DNA of 64,000 nt from an uncultured Desulfarculus sp. (lineage in GTDB: Bacteria; Desulfobacterota; Desulfarculia; Desulfarculales; Desulfarculaceae), in the NCBI GenBank assembly GCA_963665125.2, contig CAXXUK010000001.1:1344001-1408000 (forward strand), read 5' to 3'. Below, piece by piece: positions 19,236-29,818 of the stretch (positions are counted from its first letter, which is position 1; every line of letters starts with the position of its first letter). The position numbers and the translations under genes were made by a program. The notes below the pieces were generated by a model, which ran no database searches, was not told the origin of the DNA, and was given only the letters and a program-made list of their open reading frames with translations.

Positions 19236-20357
19236 TCAGCGCTGGGGCCGGTAGCCGCCGGGCAAACCGTCGCGGGAAAATACTATCTGCCACAGTTGAT
19301 TCTTGCGGGCCCGGAAAGAACCGGCGCAGCTGAGCAGATAGTAGCGCCACATCCGCCCGAAGCGTTGCCCATAAGCGGGCTCCAGTTTGGGCCAGGCCTT
19401 GTTGAAATTGCCGTGCCAGGCCATCAGGGTCTTGTCATAGTCCGCGCCGAATGAATGCCAATCCTCGATAACAAACAGCCCCTCGCTGGCCGCGGTTATC
19501 TGTCTGGCCGAAGGTATCAGCGAATTGGGAAAGATGTATTTATCCATCCAGGGGTCGGAACTCCTATTCGAACGGTTGCCGCCGATGGTGTGCAGCAAAA
19601 ACAGGCCGCCGGGTTTGAGGCTGCGTTGCACGACTTCCATGTAGGTCCGGTAATTTTTGTGGCCCACATGCTCGAACATGCCCACCGAGACAATGGCGTC
19701 GAACGTCTCATCAAGGCAGCGGTAGTCCATCAAGCGAATATCCACGGGGTACGTCTGGCATATCCGGCAGGCCAGGCCCACCTGTTCCTTGGAGACCGTC
19801 AGCCCAACGACCTCCACGCCGTAATTCTTGGCGGCGTAAGCGGCCAACCCGCCCCAACCGCAACCAATATCCAACAGCTTTTTTCCCTGCTCCAAGCGCA
19901 GCTTGCGGCAGATGAGTTCCAGCTTATGTTCCTGGGCCTGATCCAAGTCGTCGGCGCCCGTCCAATAGGCGCAACTGTAAACCATGCGCTTGTCCAGCAT
20001 GGCCCGGTACAGATCATTGCCTATGTCATAGTGATGCTCGCCGATCTCGTGGGCCCTGGCCGGCCGCTGAAGGTTGGAGAACCAGGCCCGGAAAACCGCC
20101 CAGGCCTCGGTCATCCTGTTGATCACCTTGGCGTCCAATCCGGCGCCCAGAACCCGGTCGAAAAACTGATCCAAAGCCGGGCAATCCCACCAACCGTCCA
20201 TGTACGTTTCGCCCAGGGCCATGGAGCCGCCGGCTAATACGCGGTCATAAAAAAGCTCCTCGTGTACCTCCAAGTCCCAAAGATCCGGACCGTTGAATGT
20301 GATCTCCAGGGGAGCCAACAATTTTTCCAGGGTGCGCTTCGATGATGAGGTGGTCAT
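19236..20357 (-). CDS. cfa: Cyclopropane-fatty-acyl-phospholipid synthase
   Basis: HYDIGNDLY, MVYSCAYW, LDIGCGWGG, SVGMFEHVG, KYIFP. Start MTTSSSK after GGAGGT. Confidence 0.93.
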   Translation of the reverse strand: MTTSSSKRTLEKLLAPLEITFNGPDLWDLEVHEELFYDRVLAGGSMALGETYMDGWWDCPALDQFFDRVLGAGLDAKVINRMTEAWAVFRAWFSNLQRPARAHEIGEHHYDIGNDLYRAMLDKRMVYSCAYWTGADDLDQAQEHKLELICRKLRLEQGKKLLDIGCGWGGLAAYAAKNYGVEVVGLTVSKEQVGLACRICQTYPVDIRLMDYRCLDETFDAIVSVGMFEHVGHKNYRTYMEVVQRSLKPGGLFLLHTIGGNRSNRSSDPWMDKYIFPNSLIPSARQITAASEGLFVIEDWHSFGADYDKTLMAWHGNFNKAWPKLEPAYGQRFGRMWRYYLLSCAGSFRARKNQLWQIVFSRDGLPGGYRPQR

Positions 20358-20556
20358 GGCATCACCTCCATCAAGAATTGTAGATTGAATACGCCAGGGT
20401 GGAAAATCACCGAGTTTGTATCTCATATTGCCTATGGTAGCGGGAAACCCGGCCGTTTTGAACAACAAATGCACGTTCAAGGAGATGTTGGCCAATGTAC
20501 CGGCGGGCGGTATATTTGTGCGCTGTAATCCATTGCTTTAACTTCTGCGGAATATC

Positions 20557-22401
20557 ATGGCCCTAATCGATCTATTTGACGTCAGCCTGGCCTTTGGCGG
20601 GCCCACCCTATTGGACAAGATCAACTTCCGGGTGCATCAGGGCGAACGGGTTTGTCTGGTGGGCCGCAACGGCGCAGGCAAATCCAGCCTGCTAAAGTTG
20701 TTGGCCGGCAAGGTGCGCCCCGATTCCGGCGCAATCAGCCGCGAAACGGGCCTGAGCGTGGGCCATCTGCCCCAAAACGTTCCCGGCGATCTGCGGGGCC
20801 AAGTCTATGAAATTTGCGCCGGAGGCCTCGGCGAAAACGGCGAACTGCTGATCGGCCTGTTCCAGGGCAAAGGCGGCAACAGGCTCAGCAGGCACGACAA
20901 CGAGCAGGAAATATGGGTCCTCGAGCACAGGCTCCAGATCATCCTCAGCCGTCTGGGCCTCAATCCCCAAGACCGTGCCGAAACACTCTCAGGCGGCATG
21001 CAGCGCCGTGTCCTGCTGGCCCGGGCCCTGGCCAGCCAACCGGATCTGCTGCTGTTGGACGAGCCCACCAACCATCTGGACATCGAATCCATTGCCTGGC
21101 TGGAGTCGTTTTTATTGCAATTCGGCGGGGCCATTGTCTTTGTATCCCACGACCGGGCCTTTGCCCGCAACCTGGCCACCAGGGTCGTCGAGCCGGACCG
21201 GGGCGCTCTGTACGACTGGAACTGCTCCTTCGACGAGTTTCTCCGTCACCGGGAAGAGGCCCTGGCCACCGAGCAGGAGCAGCGGGCCAAGTTTGACAAG
21301 AAAATGGCCGAGGAAGAAAAATGGCTTTCGGGCGGCATCAGGGCCCGTCGCACCCGCAACGAGGGCCGTGTGCGCAGGCTCATGGAAATGCGCGGAATCA
21401 GGGCCAACCGCCGGGACGTGCTGGGCTCGGCCAAGCTCAAGGCCCAGCAGGCCGGGCTGTCGGGCAAGATAGTGGCCGAGGCCGAAGCAGTTGGATTCAG
21501 CTACGGGCCAAAGCAGGTCATCAAGGACTTCACCACCATCATCCTGCGTGGCGACAAGGTAGGCATCATCGGCCCCAACGGCTCGGGCAAGACCACCCTG
21601 CTGGGCATCCTGCTTGGCAAGTTGCAACACCAAAGCGGAGAAATCCGCCGGGGCCTCAACCTGGAGACAGCCTATTTCGACCAAATGCGGGCCGAGCTTG
21701 ACAATGACAAAACCGTCATTGAAAACATCACCGACGGCCACGAAACCCTGATCATCAACGGCCAGCAGCGCCATGTGATAAGTTATTTAAAAGACTTCCT
21801 GTTCACTGCCGACAGGGCCCGCAGCCCGGTGCATATTCTTTCGGGCGGCGAACGCAACCGCCTGTTGCTGGCCAAGCTCTTCACCAAGCCGGCCAACCTG
21901 CTGGTCCTGGACGAACCGACCAACGACCTGGACTTCGACACCCTGGAGCTGTTGGAGAACCTGCTGGTTGAGTTTGAAGGCACGGTGCTTTTGGTCAGCC
22001 ACGACCGCCAGTTTCTCAACAACGTCGTAACCAGCACCCTGGCCCTTGAAGGCGGCGGCGTAATCCGTGAATACGCCGGCGGCTATGACGACTGGCTGGC
22101 CCAGCGGCGTCCGTCCCAGGAGGCCAAGCCCGCAAAGTCCGCCAAACCCAAGGACCGGCCCAAGCAGGAACAGCCCCGCAAGCTGGGCTTCAACGAAAAG
22201 CGGGAATTGGCCCAACTGCCCGAAAAAATCGAGGCCCTGGAGCAGGAGCAGGCCACGTTGCATGAAAAGGTGGCCGATCCGGATTTGTATACCTCGGGCG
22301 GCAAGGCGGCGGCCGACATTAGCAAACGCCTGGAGGAGATCGAAGCCGAGCTCGAACAGGTCTACGCCCGCTGGGAAGAACTTGAGGCAATCGGCGGGTA
22401 A
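20557..22401 (+). CDS. uup: ABC-F family ATPase Uup
   Basis: Two ABC domains, linker GIRARRTRNEGRVRRL, C-terminal coiled coil ending YARWEELE. Confidence 0.92.
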   Translation: MALIDLFDVSLAFGGPTLLDKINFRVHQGERVCLVGRNGAGKSSLLKLLAGKVRPDSGAISRETGLSVGHLPQNVPGDLRGQVYEICAGGLGENGELLIGLFQGKGGNRLSRHDNEQEIWVLEHRLQIILSRLGLNPQDRAETLSGGMQRRVLLARALASQPDLLLLDEPTNHLDIESIAWLESFLLQFGGAIVFVSHDRAFARNLATRVVEPDRGALYDWNCSFDEFLRHREEALATEQEQRAKFDKKMAEEEKWLSGGIRARRTRNEGRVRRLMEMRGIRANRRDVLGSAKLKAQQAGLSGKIVAEAEAVGFSYGPKQVIKDFTTIILRGDKVGIIGPNGSGKTTLLGILLGKLQHQSGEIRRGLNLETAYFDQMRAELDNDKTVIENITDGHETLIINGQQRHVISYLKDFLFTADRARSPVHILSGGERNRLLLAKLFTKPANLLVLDEPTNDLDFDTLELLENLLVEFEGTVLLVSHDRQFLNNVVTSTLALEGGGVIREYAGGYDDWLAQRRPSQEAKPAKSAKPKDRPKQEQPRKLGFNEKRELAQLPEKIEALEQEQATLHEKVADPDLYTSGGKAAADISKRLEEIEAELEQVYARWEELEAIGG

Positions 22402-22554
22402 CCGGCGGCTACATCTTCATTGGCCGCGGCCGGCCGGTTGCTACCAATTGCCCCCCCCAAATTAAATATAAAAAAATCTTCGTGAATCAATAAGATCATC
22501 GCCGCCCGTGCGTCTCCCCAATTAATAAAGCGAATTTTCTCGGGAGGAACGGAA

Positions 22555-22656
22555 ATGGCATATATCAAGCGGATGAAGATTTGGATTGCGTTGATGGGCC
22601 TTTTGTTGACCCTGCCCACCCTGGCCCAGACCGGCCAGCAGTTCATCGCCGGCTGA
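22555..22656 (+). other. 33-codon ORF that is essentially a signal peptide (small protein or gene remnant)
   Basis: GGGAGG RBS then MAYIKRMKIWIALMGLLLTLPTLAQTGQQFIAG-stop. Confidence 0.45.
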
Positions 22657-22985
22657 AATTAAAAATTTCAACCTGAAAAATGCGCCCTTCCCCTTCATTG
22701 ACGTGAAAACCAAACATTCGGGTTGTGTTTCATACCCACTTCAACCATCGCAACTCAAATCACCGCCACCTGAATCAAAAAATTCACACAAATCCAAGGC
22801 ATACATGTTTAAAATGCCATAACAGAACGTTAAATGCCCTCTGGACAAGCATGGGGCCCAGCAGTGTATCATGAGCTCTATAGCGAGGGGAGATTCGTGT
22901 CCTCAGCCTGCCCGGCGCGTCCATACTAACTGCACGGAAAAACCAAACAAATAGTCCGCCCAAACAAGCAAGGGAGCATTCGGAT

Positions 22986-25289
22986 ATGAAGATTACCAAG
23001 CACGATTGGCCCGTCTTATTGGTTTCCGGACAATTCGACACCCCCAATGACGAGGGTTACAGGCTCCGCGAACTCGAAACCGAACTGGCAGAGGTCCAGG
23101 AATGCTCGATCATTCCTTCATTAAATTACGAAGACGCCATTGAAATTTTTGTCTCCCGCAACGACCTGGGCGCGGTGATCATCGACTGGGACATTCAGGA
23201 CGAAAACAGCGATGAAAAACTTCCGCCGGAAATCCTGCTGGATGAAATACGCAGACGCAACAAGACCATTCCCGTGCTGCTGCTAACCGAACGCCTGGGC
23301 GTGGAAAACATCCCCACCCAGGTATTGGCCAAGGTCAACGAATGTCTCTGGAAAACCGCCGACACCCCGGAGTTCCTGGCCGGGCGGGTCGAGGCCCTGG
23401 TCGTGGAATATATCAAGGGCGTGTACCCCAAATTCTTCGGCTATATGGTCAAATACGCCGAGGAATACAAATATGCCTGGCACACGCCCGGGCACATGGG
23501 CGGCCTGGGATTCCTGCGCAGCCCGGCCGGCGTGGCCATGCACAAGTTCTTTGGCGAAAACGTTTTCAGGGCCGACCTGTCCATCTCGGTGCCCGAGTTG
23601 GGCTCTCTGTTGGACCACAGCGGTCCGGTGTCCGACGCCGAGGGCAACTCGGCCAAGGTGTTCGGCGCGGACATGACCTACTACGTGCTCAACGGCACCT
23701 CCAACGTCAACCAGATCATCTGGCGCAGCCAGGTCCTGCGCGACGACATCGCCTTCGTGGACCGCAACTGCCACAAATCGCTGAACTACGCCATGGTCAT
23801 CACCGAGGCCTATCCGGTGTACATGGTGCCCCGGCGCAACAAGCGCGGCATCATCGGGCCGGTGCGCCTGTCTGAGTTTTCCGTGGAAAGCATCCGCGAA
23901 AAAATCAAGGGCAACAAACTGATCCCCGACGGCCGCAAAGACGACAAGGTGAAGATGTCGGCCCTGACCAACTCCACCTACGACGGCATCTGCTACAACG
24001 TGATCAACATCAAGAAACAACTCCAGCAAAGCGTGGAAAACCTGCACTTTGACGAGGCCTGGTATGCCTATGCCCGGTTCCACCCGGTGTACAAGGACCA
24101 CTTCGGCATGGCCGATGACGACCTCAACACGGAACATCCGCCCATTTTCTGCTCCCAGTCCACCCACAAGCTGCTGACTGCTTTTTCCCAGGCCTCCATG
24201 CTGCATGTGCGCAACGGCAGCCATGTCAAGATCAACCCTGACGAGCTCAACGAGTCGTACATGATGCACGGCTCCACCTCGCCCCAGTACAACATGATCG
24301 CCTCCCTGGACGTGGCCACCAAGATGATGGCCGACAACGGCCATATAATGATGGAGGACGTGATCATCGAGGCCGTCAGCCTCAGGCAAAAGGTCTCGCG
24401 CATCGCCGCGGAAATGAAGGCTTCCGGCGACTGGTTCTTTGAGATGTGGCAGCCGAAGATGGTGGACTATATCGGCAAGCAGACGCCGTTCGAGGACGTG
24501 CCGGCCACCTATCTCCGCGACAACCAGCATCCCTGGGTGTTCAGCCAAAAGGACAACTGGCACGGCTTTGATGACATCGAAGACAACTACGCCATGCTCG
24601 ACCCCATCAAACTGACCTTCACCACGCCGGGCCTCAGCGAAGACGGCGTCATGGCCGACGAGGGCATCCCGGCCGGCATCGTCACCAACTATCTGATCAA
24701 CCACGGCATTGTCTGCGAAAAGACCGACTACTACAGCTTCCTGCTGCTCAACTCCCTGGGCACCACCAAGGCCAAGCAGGGCACCCTGCTTTCGGGCCTG
24801 CTGAAATTCAAGAATCTCTACGACACCAACGCCCCGCTGGCCCAGGTGCAACCCGATCTGGTGAAGGCCTATCCCGAAGCCTATGAAAACGTGGGCCTCA
24901 AGGACCACTGCAACGCCATCCACCGCTACTTCAAGGAGCACCAGCTCCTGGACAAGATGCAGGCCGCCTTCCAGGTCATCCCGGATCAGGCCATGAAGCC
25001 CGCCGACGCCTATCACGAGGTGGTGCGCAAAAACGTGGAATACGTGGAGCTTTCCGAGATGAAAGGCCGCATTCCGGCGGTGATGATGGTGCCCTATCCT
25101 CCAGGCATCCCGGTGATGATGGGCGGCGAACTGATGAACGACAAGGCCGCGCCCATTTATGAGTATCTCGCAGCCCGCCAGGACTTTGAAAACGTCTTCC
25201 CAGGCTATGAAAGCGACATCCACGGCGTGGAGCGTGTGGAGCGTGGCGGCAAGAAGTACTTCAAGACCTTGTGCGTCAAACAGGGCTAA
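22986..25289 (+). CDS. Wing-domain Orn/Lys/Arg decarboxylase, most likely lysine decarboxylase
   Basis: N-terminal receiver-like wing, TPGHMGG, DRNCHKS, HFDEAW, PLP lysine in STHK, PYPPGIP, FPGYESDIHG; a CadB-like gene lies in the same operon. Confidence 0.92.
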   Translation: MKITKHDWPVLLVSGQFDTPNDEGYRLRELETELAEVQECSIIPSLNYEDAIEIFVSRNDLGAVIIDWDIQDENSDEKLPPEILLDEIRRRNKTIPVLLLTERLGVENIPTQVLAKVNECLWKTADTPEFLAGRVEALVVEYIKGVYPKFFGYMVKYAEEYKYAWHTPGHMGGLGFLRSPAGVAMHKFFGENVFRADLSISVPELGSLLDHSGPVSDAEGNSAKVFGADMTYYVLNGTSNVNQIIWRSQVLRDDIAFVDRNCHKSLNYAMVITEAYPVYMVPRRNKRGIIGPVRLSEFSVESIREKIKGNKLIPDGRKDDKVKMSALTNSTYDGICYNVINIKKQLQQSVENLHFDEAWYAYARFHPVYKDHFGMADDDLNTEHPPIFCSQSTHKLLTAFSQASMLHVRNGSHVKINPDELNESYMMHGSTSPQYNMIASLDVATKMMADNGHIMMEDVIIEAVSLRQKVSRIAAEMKASGDWFFEMWQPKMVDYIGKQTPFEDVPATYLRDNQHPWVFSQKDNWHGFDDIEDNYAMLDPIKLTFTTPGLSEDGVMADEGIPAGIVTNYLINHGIVCEKTDYYSFLLLNSLGTTKAKQGTLLSGLLKFKNLYDTNAPLAQVQPDLVKAYPEAYENVGLKDHCNAIHRYFKEHQLLDKMQAAFQVIPDQAMKPADAYHEVVRKNVEYVELSEMKGRIPAVMMVPYPPGIPVMMGGELMNDKAAPIYEYLAARQDFENVFPGYESDIHGVERVERGGKKYFKTLCVKQG

Positions 25290-25393
25290 TGCGGTAGTAA
25301 TCGACCGGCGCGCCCCAAGGGCCCAGTATCCAGGGGCGCGCCGCATCCTTAATACCAGCGCGAAACCGATACCAGCAAACGGAAGACCGCCGT

Positions 25394-26806
25394 ATGTCCG
25401 AAGCCAAGTCGCAGCCCAAACTCAGTTTTTTCACCCTGATGATGATCAACGTGGCTGCGGTGCTGTCCCTGCGGGCCCTGCCGGGCATGGCCGAATACGG
25501 CTACGCCCTGATCGTCTATCTGGGCCTGGGCGCCATCTGTTTTTTTGTGCCTTCGGCCCTGGTTTCGGCCGAGCTGGCCTCGGGCTGGAAGCAGGAAGGC
25601 GGCGTTTATCTGTGGGTCAAGGAGGCATTCGGGGCCAAATGGGGCTTTGTGGCCATCTTCATGCAGTGGGTGGAAAACCTGCCCTGGTTTCCGGCCGTGC
25701 TGGCCTTTGCCGCCTCGGACGTGGCCTATGTCTTTAATCCGGATCTGGCCAACAGCAAGATTTTCGTGGTGGGCGTGATCTGGGTCACCATGTGGCTTTC
25801 CACCTTTCTCAATTACCGGGACATGAAGCTATCTGCCTTTTTCAGCTCCAGCGGCGCCATCTTCGGCACCATCATCCCCGGCATCCTGATCATCGTCCTG
25901 GGCGTCATCCACTACCTCTCGGGCCAGCCGCCCGAGATTCATTTTTCAATGGACGCCCTGATCCCGGATTTCGATTCCAGCCAGCAATTGATGCTCCTGG
26001 CGGCCATGCTGGTGTCGCTATTGGGCATGGAAATGTCGGCCGTGCACGTCAACGAGGTGGAAAACCCCTCTCGGACCTATCCCAGGGCCATTTTCTTTGC
26101 CTGCATCATCATCATGAGCCTGTCCGTCTGCGGTTCATTGGCCATCGCCAATGTCATTCCGGCCGACAGCGTCAGCCTCAGCGCCGGGGTCTGCCAGGCC
26201 TTTGACAAGCTGTTCGCCATCCACGGCATGCCCTGGATGACGCCCATAGTCTGCCTGCTCATGGCCTACGGCGGCATCACCATGGTAATTACCTGGATGG
26301 TGGGGCCTTCCAAGGGCATCCGCGAGGTGGCCAAGGAGGGCTATCTGCCCAAGTCTTGGCAGCGGACCAATGAGCACGGCATGCCCACCAGGATATTGGT
26401 CATCCAGAGCGGGTTTTCCTGTCTCTTGTCGTTGACGATCCTGTACATGCCCACGGTCAGCAGCGCCTTCATGCTCATGAGCGCCCTGGCCGCCCAACTC
26501 TATCTGATCATGTATCTGTTGATGTTCGCCGCGGCCATCCGCCTGCGCTACACCCGGCCCGACGTGGAGCGCGGCTACACCATACCCGGCGGCAAGGCGG
26601 GCATCTGGCTGGTCTGCGGCATCGCCATATGCACCTGCATCTTCGTGACCGTCTTCGGCTTTATCCCGCCTGATGCGGTCAGCCAAAACGGAACGATAGC
26701 TTCCGCCAAATACATCGCGTTCCTGGTGGTGGGAATGGCCGTGTTCACGGCGGTTCCGCTTTATTTTTACAGGCGCGCCCTGAAAAGAAGCGCGGCCCGG
26801 TCATGA
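25394..26806 (+). CDS. APC-family amino acid antiporter (GadC-like)
   Basis: VLSLRALP, LVSAELASG, EGGVYLWV, GMEMSAVH, GPSKG, LYLIMY, IPGGK. Confidence 0.85.
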   Translation: MSEAKSQPKLSFFTLMMINVAAVLSLRALPGMAEYGYALIVYLGLGAICFFVPSALVSAELASGWKQEGGVYLWVKEAFGAKWGFVAIFMQWVENLPWFPAVLAFAASDVAYVFNPDLANSKIFVVGVIWVTMWLSTFLNYRDMKLSAFFSSSGAIFGTIIPGILIIVLGVIHYLSGQPPEIHFSMDALIPDFDSSQQLMLLAAMLVSLLGMEMSAVHVNEVENPSRTYPRAIFFACIIIMSLSVCGSLAIANVIPADSVSLSAGVCQAFDKLFAIHGMPWMTPIVCLLMAYGGITMVITWMVGPSKGIREVAKEGYLPKSWQRTNEHGMPTRILVIQSGFSCLLSLTILYMPTVSSAFMLMSALAAQLYLIMYLLMFAAAIRLRYTRPDVERGYTIPGGKAGIWLVCGIAICTCIFVTVFGFIPPDAVSQNGTIASAKYIAFLVVGMAVFTAVPLYFYRRALKRSAARS

Positions 26807-26864
26807 ATCAATCAATGCGTTGACATACTTTTTCTGTTGAATCTATCGGTGCAAAGGAGGGGCA

Positions 26865-28205
26865 ATGGCTGCAAATGAAGCACACAAGATGGGGCTGTTC
26901 GCATGTATCTCCGTGGTCGCCGGCAATATGATGGGCTCGGGCATCGCCCTGCTGCCGGCCAACCTTGCCGGCATCGGGAGCATTTCCATCATCGGCTGGT
27001 TCGTGGCCCTAACCGGCTCCCTGGCCCTGGCCTATGTCTTTTCCCGGCTGGGCATGGAAGATCCCCAGGAGGGTGGCCCCATCGCCTATTCAGGCGAGGT
27101 TTCCCCCATTCTGGGCTACCAGTCGGGCCTGTTGTACTACCATGCCAACTGGATCGGCAACCTGGCCATCGCCATCACCGGCGTGGACTATCTGTCGGTG
27201 TTTTTCCCGGCCCTGCAAGACCCGATCTATTCGGGCATCGCCTCGCTGATCATCATCTGGATCTTCACCGGCATCAACATCATGGGCGCCAACTGGATCG
27301 GCCGTCTGGTGTCGGTGGGCGTGGTCCTGCTGCTGATTCCGGTGGTGCTCACCGGCACCGTGGGCTGGCTATTCTTTGATCCGGTCCAATTCCAGAGCAA
27401 CTGGGTCGTGGGCTCCAAGACGCCGGAATCGGCCGTCATGGCCGCGATTATCCTGTGCATCTGGAGCTTCATCGGCGTGGAAAGCGCCTCGGTCAACACC
27501 GCCGTGGTCAAAGACCCCAAGCGCACCATTCCGCTGTCGACAATGATCGGCACGGGCATCGCCGGAACGGTTTATATCCTTTCCTGCACGGCCATCTCGG
27601 GCATGTTCCCGGCCAAGGACATGGCCGCCTCGGGGGCGCCGTTCTCCATGGCCATGGGCCATATCTGCGCGGGCCTGCCCTTTGCCGACATAGTGCCCAA
27701 GCTGGTCTCGGCGGTAACGGCCTTCGCCTGTCTGGCCTCCCTGGGCTCATGGATGATGCTGGTGTCCCAGGCCGGAATGCGGGCCTCCAAGGACGGCACC
27801 CTGCCCGCCATCTTCGGCAAACAAAACCACAAGGGCATCCCCGTCCCCGGCCTGATCATGGCCTCGGTGATGATGAGCATCCTGCTGGTCATCCTGATGC
27901 TCAGCTCCAAGGGCGGCAACACCCAGAGCCTGTTCGGCAGCATCTGCAACATCGCCGTTCTGATGACCCTGCCTCCGTATTTCTACTCGGCCCTCAACCT
28001 GCTGCGCAGGCACGGCTTCAGGGATTCCAAGGCCCTGTTGCAGATTGTTTCATCGATGTTGGCCTGCGGCTTCTGCCTGGTGGCCCTGAGCGGGGCGGCC
28101 AAGATGGCCCTGGCCGGTTGCCTGGTTGTTATGCTGTTGACCTTTGTCTTTTACGTTGGCAAGGACCGGCGGGAATACGAAAAGAATATGCTCTCAGAGC
28201 GCTAG
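26865..28205 (+). CDS. cadB: Lysine/cadaverine antiporter CadB-like
   Basis: GLFACISVVAGNMMGSGIALLPANLA, GGPIAY, YYHANWIGNLAI, ASGAPF and AFACLASLGSWMMLV closely follow the recalled enterobacterial CadB sequence. Confidence 0.82.
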   Translation: MAANEAHKMGLFACISVVAGNMMGSGIALLPANLAGIGSISIIGWFVALTGSLALAYVFSRLGMEDPQEGGPIAYSGEVSPILGYQSGLLYYHANWIGNLAIAITGVDYLSVFFPALQDPIYSGIASLIIIWIFTGINIMGANWIGRLVSVGVVLLLIPVVLTGTVGWLFFDPVQFQSNWVVGSKTPESAVMAAIILCIWSFIGVESASVNTAVVKDPKRTIPLSTMIGTGIAGTVYILSCTAISGMFPAKDMAASGAPFSMAMGHICAGLPFADIVPKLVSAVTAFACLASLGSWMMLVSQAGMRASKDGTLPAIFGKQNHKGIPVPGLIMASVMMSILLVILMLSSKGGNTQSLFGSICNIAVLMTLPPYFYSALNLLRRHGFRDSKALLQIVSSMLACGFCLVALSGAAKMALAGCLVVMLLTFVFYVGKDRREYEKNMLSER

Positions 28206-28213
28206 TATTAAAT

Positions 28214-28292
28214 AATTTCCGAGGGGCTCGAACGAATCGAGCCCCTCGGGAATTGGTATAGACTCCTGGGCGCGGCGAACGCGCCCAGGAGT
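28214..28292. terminator. Two tandem stem-loops between convergent genes
   Basis: Long inverted repeats at 28214-28254 and 28262-28292. Confidence 0.7.
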
Positions 28293-28312
28293 TAATTGTT
28301 TAATAGTAACGC

Positions 28313-29818
28313 CTACGCCAGACACTCCCGGAACACCTTACGGAAGTGGAAACCATAAATGGTAAAAGTCACGGCCAAGGGGAACAACTTGGGGCGTCTG
28401 AACAGAGACCAAAACAGCAATTTCCAATAATGCAGCCTCGCCTTGTCCTTGATTCCCAGTAAAAGCATCGACCTGAAAAAAGCCCAGGCATAGCCAGAGT
28501 GCAGGCGCAGATATCCGGCATGGAAATGGAACTTTTTACTTTTCTCTGCGCTGTATTCCCTCAGGTAGTTTTTCACCCGCTGGTAATACGGCTTGGGGGA
28601 ATAGATGCCGCTGATGATCCGGCGGTATCCTTGGGATAACGCCTCAATGCCCATTTTGGGCACGACATTTGTAGTTAAATCAGTGTTATCGCCGGTTATC
28701 TCTTTAAGCAAACGGCCTTCGTTGACGATCCGCTGGTATAACTGGCTACCTCTGGGCGCATTCAGCAGCCCAACCATGGCGGTAACTATCCTGCTGTTTT
28801 GAATAAACTCTATTTGCTGGTCGAAAACAGACGGCGAGTCATTGTCAAAGCCCACGATAAAGCCGCCGCGCACTTCCATGCCGAAGCTCTGCATTTTCTT
28901 TACGCTGGCCACCATATCCCGATTACGGTTCTGAATTTTATTGCATTCGGCTAGGCTGTCTTCATTTGGGGTTTCGATGCCCACAAAAACACCGTCAAAA
29001 CCGGCGGCGGCCATCAGACGCATCAATTCTTCGTCGTCGCTGAGGTCAATGGAAGCCTCGGTGGACAATTTAAAGGGATGTTTGTGCTCGCTCATCCACT
29101 GGATAATGGCTGGCAGTACGTGCTTCTTCAACTTCACCTTGTTGCCGATAAAATTGTCATCGACAATAAACAGGCTGCCGCGCCAGCCCGAACTGTAAAG
29201 GGCGTCAAACTCGGCAAGAATCTGTTCCTTGCTCTTGGTGCGCACCTTGCGGCCGAACAGGGCGGTAATATCGCAGAATTCGCAATCGAAGGGGCAGCCC
29301 CGGGAATACTGAACATTCATGGACGCATAGCGTTTGAGGTTCAGCAGGCTCCACATGGGCGGCGGAGTACTGGCCAATGTTGGAAATTGATCTGTTGTGT
29401 ATATGTGACGAGGCGTTCCCGCCTCAAGATCCTTCAGAAATAGCGGTAGCGTTATCTCGGCCTCGCCGAGCACGAAGTGGTCCACGCCGCTAAATTCCTC
29501 ATGCCCGGTAGTGAACAGCGGGCCGCCGGCCACAACCTTGACATTATTCTCGCGGCAAAGGGCGATTATCCGCTTAACTGACTGTCTCTGAATGTCCATG
29601 GCGCTGATCATCACATAATCAGCCCATGCCAGGTGCTTTGCACGAAGGGTTTCCACATTCTCGTCTATAAGCTTTTTGTCCCATGATTCAGGGAGCATGG
29701 CTGCAACGGTGAGCAGTCCCAGAGGGGGGTGAAGCGCTTTTTTGGCAATGAATTTCAGAGCGTGTTTAAAGCTCCAAAAGGTATCCGGACTCTCGGGATT
29801 TACTAGTAGAATTTTCAT
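28313..29818 (-). CDS. B12-binding radical SAM protein (DUF4070/HpnP-like class B methylase family)
   Basis: PPLGLLTVAAMLP B12 domain, RGCPFDCEFC, VDDNFIGN, GFIVGFD. Start MKILL (or GTG at 29827). Confidence 0.9.
   Translation of the reverse strand: MKILLVNPESPDTFWSFKHALKFIAKKALHPPLGLLTVAAMLPESWDKKLIDENVETLRAKHLAWADYVMISAMDIQRQSVKRIIALCRENNVKVVAGGPLFTTGHEEFSGVDHFVLGEAEITLPLFLKDLEAGTPRHIYTTDQFPTLASTPPPMWSLLNLKRYASMNVQYSRGCPFDCEFCDITALFGRKVRTKSKEQILAEFDALYSSGWRGSLFIVDDNFIGNKVKLKKHVLPAIIQWMSEHKHPFKLSTEASIDLSDDEELMRLMAAAGFDGVFVGIETPNEDSLAECNKIQNRNRDMVASVKKMQSFGMEVRGGFIVGFDNDSPSVFDQQIEFIQNSRIVTAMVGLLNAPRGSQLYQRIVNEGRLLKEITGDNTDLTTNVVPKMGIEALSQGYRRIISGIYSPKPYYQRVKNYLREYSAEKSKKFHFHAGYLRLHSGYAWAFFRSMLLLGIKDKARLHYWKLLFWSLFRRPKLFPLAVTFTIYGFHFRKVFRECLA

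Noticed and set aside
22654..22662. Selenocysteine readthrough of the small ORF's TGA
   Set aside because: An in-frame TAA follows one codon later, and no SECIS-like hairpin is present.
22700..22985. Possible lysine riboswitch upstream of the decarboxylase
   Set aside because: No L-box consensus or multi-stem pairing could be identified.
23283..25346. 687-aa minus-strand ORF, and similar long antisense ORFs (4138-5448, 2846-4141, 31079-32386, 48859-50229, 46398-47423)
   Set aside because: Each lies antisense to a well-supported gene and shows no motifs; these are expected shadows of GC-rich codon usage.
28313..29818. B12 radical SAM protein as the missing GRE activase
   Set aside because: Its architecture (N-terminal cobalamin domain, about 500 aa) is that of class B methylases, and it lies more than 20 kb away.
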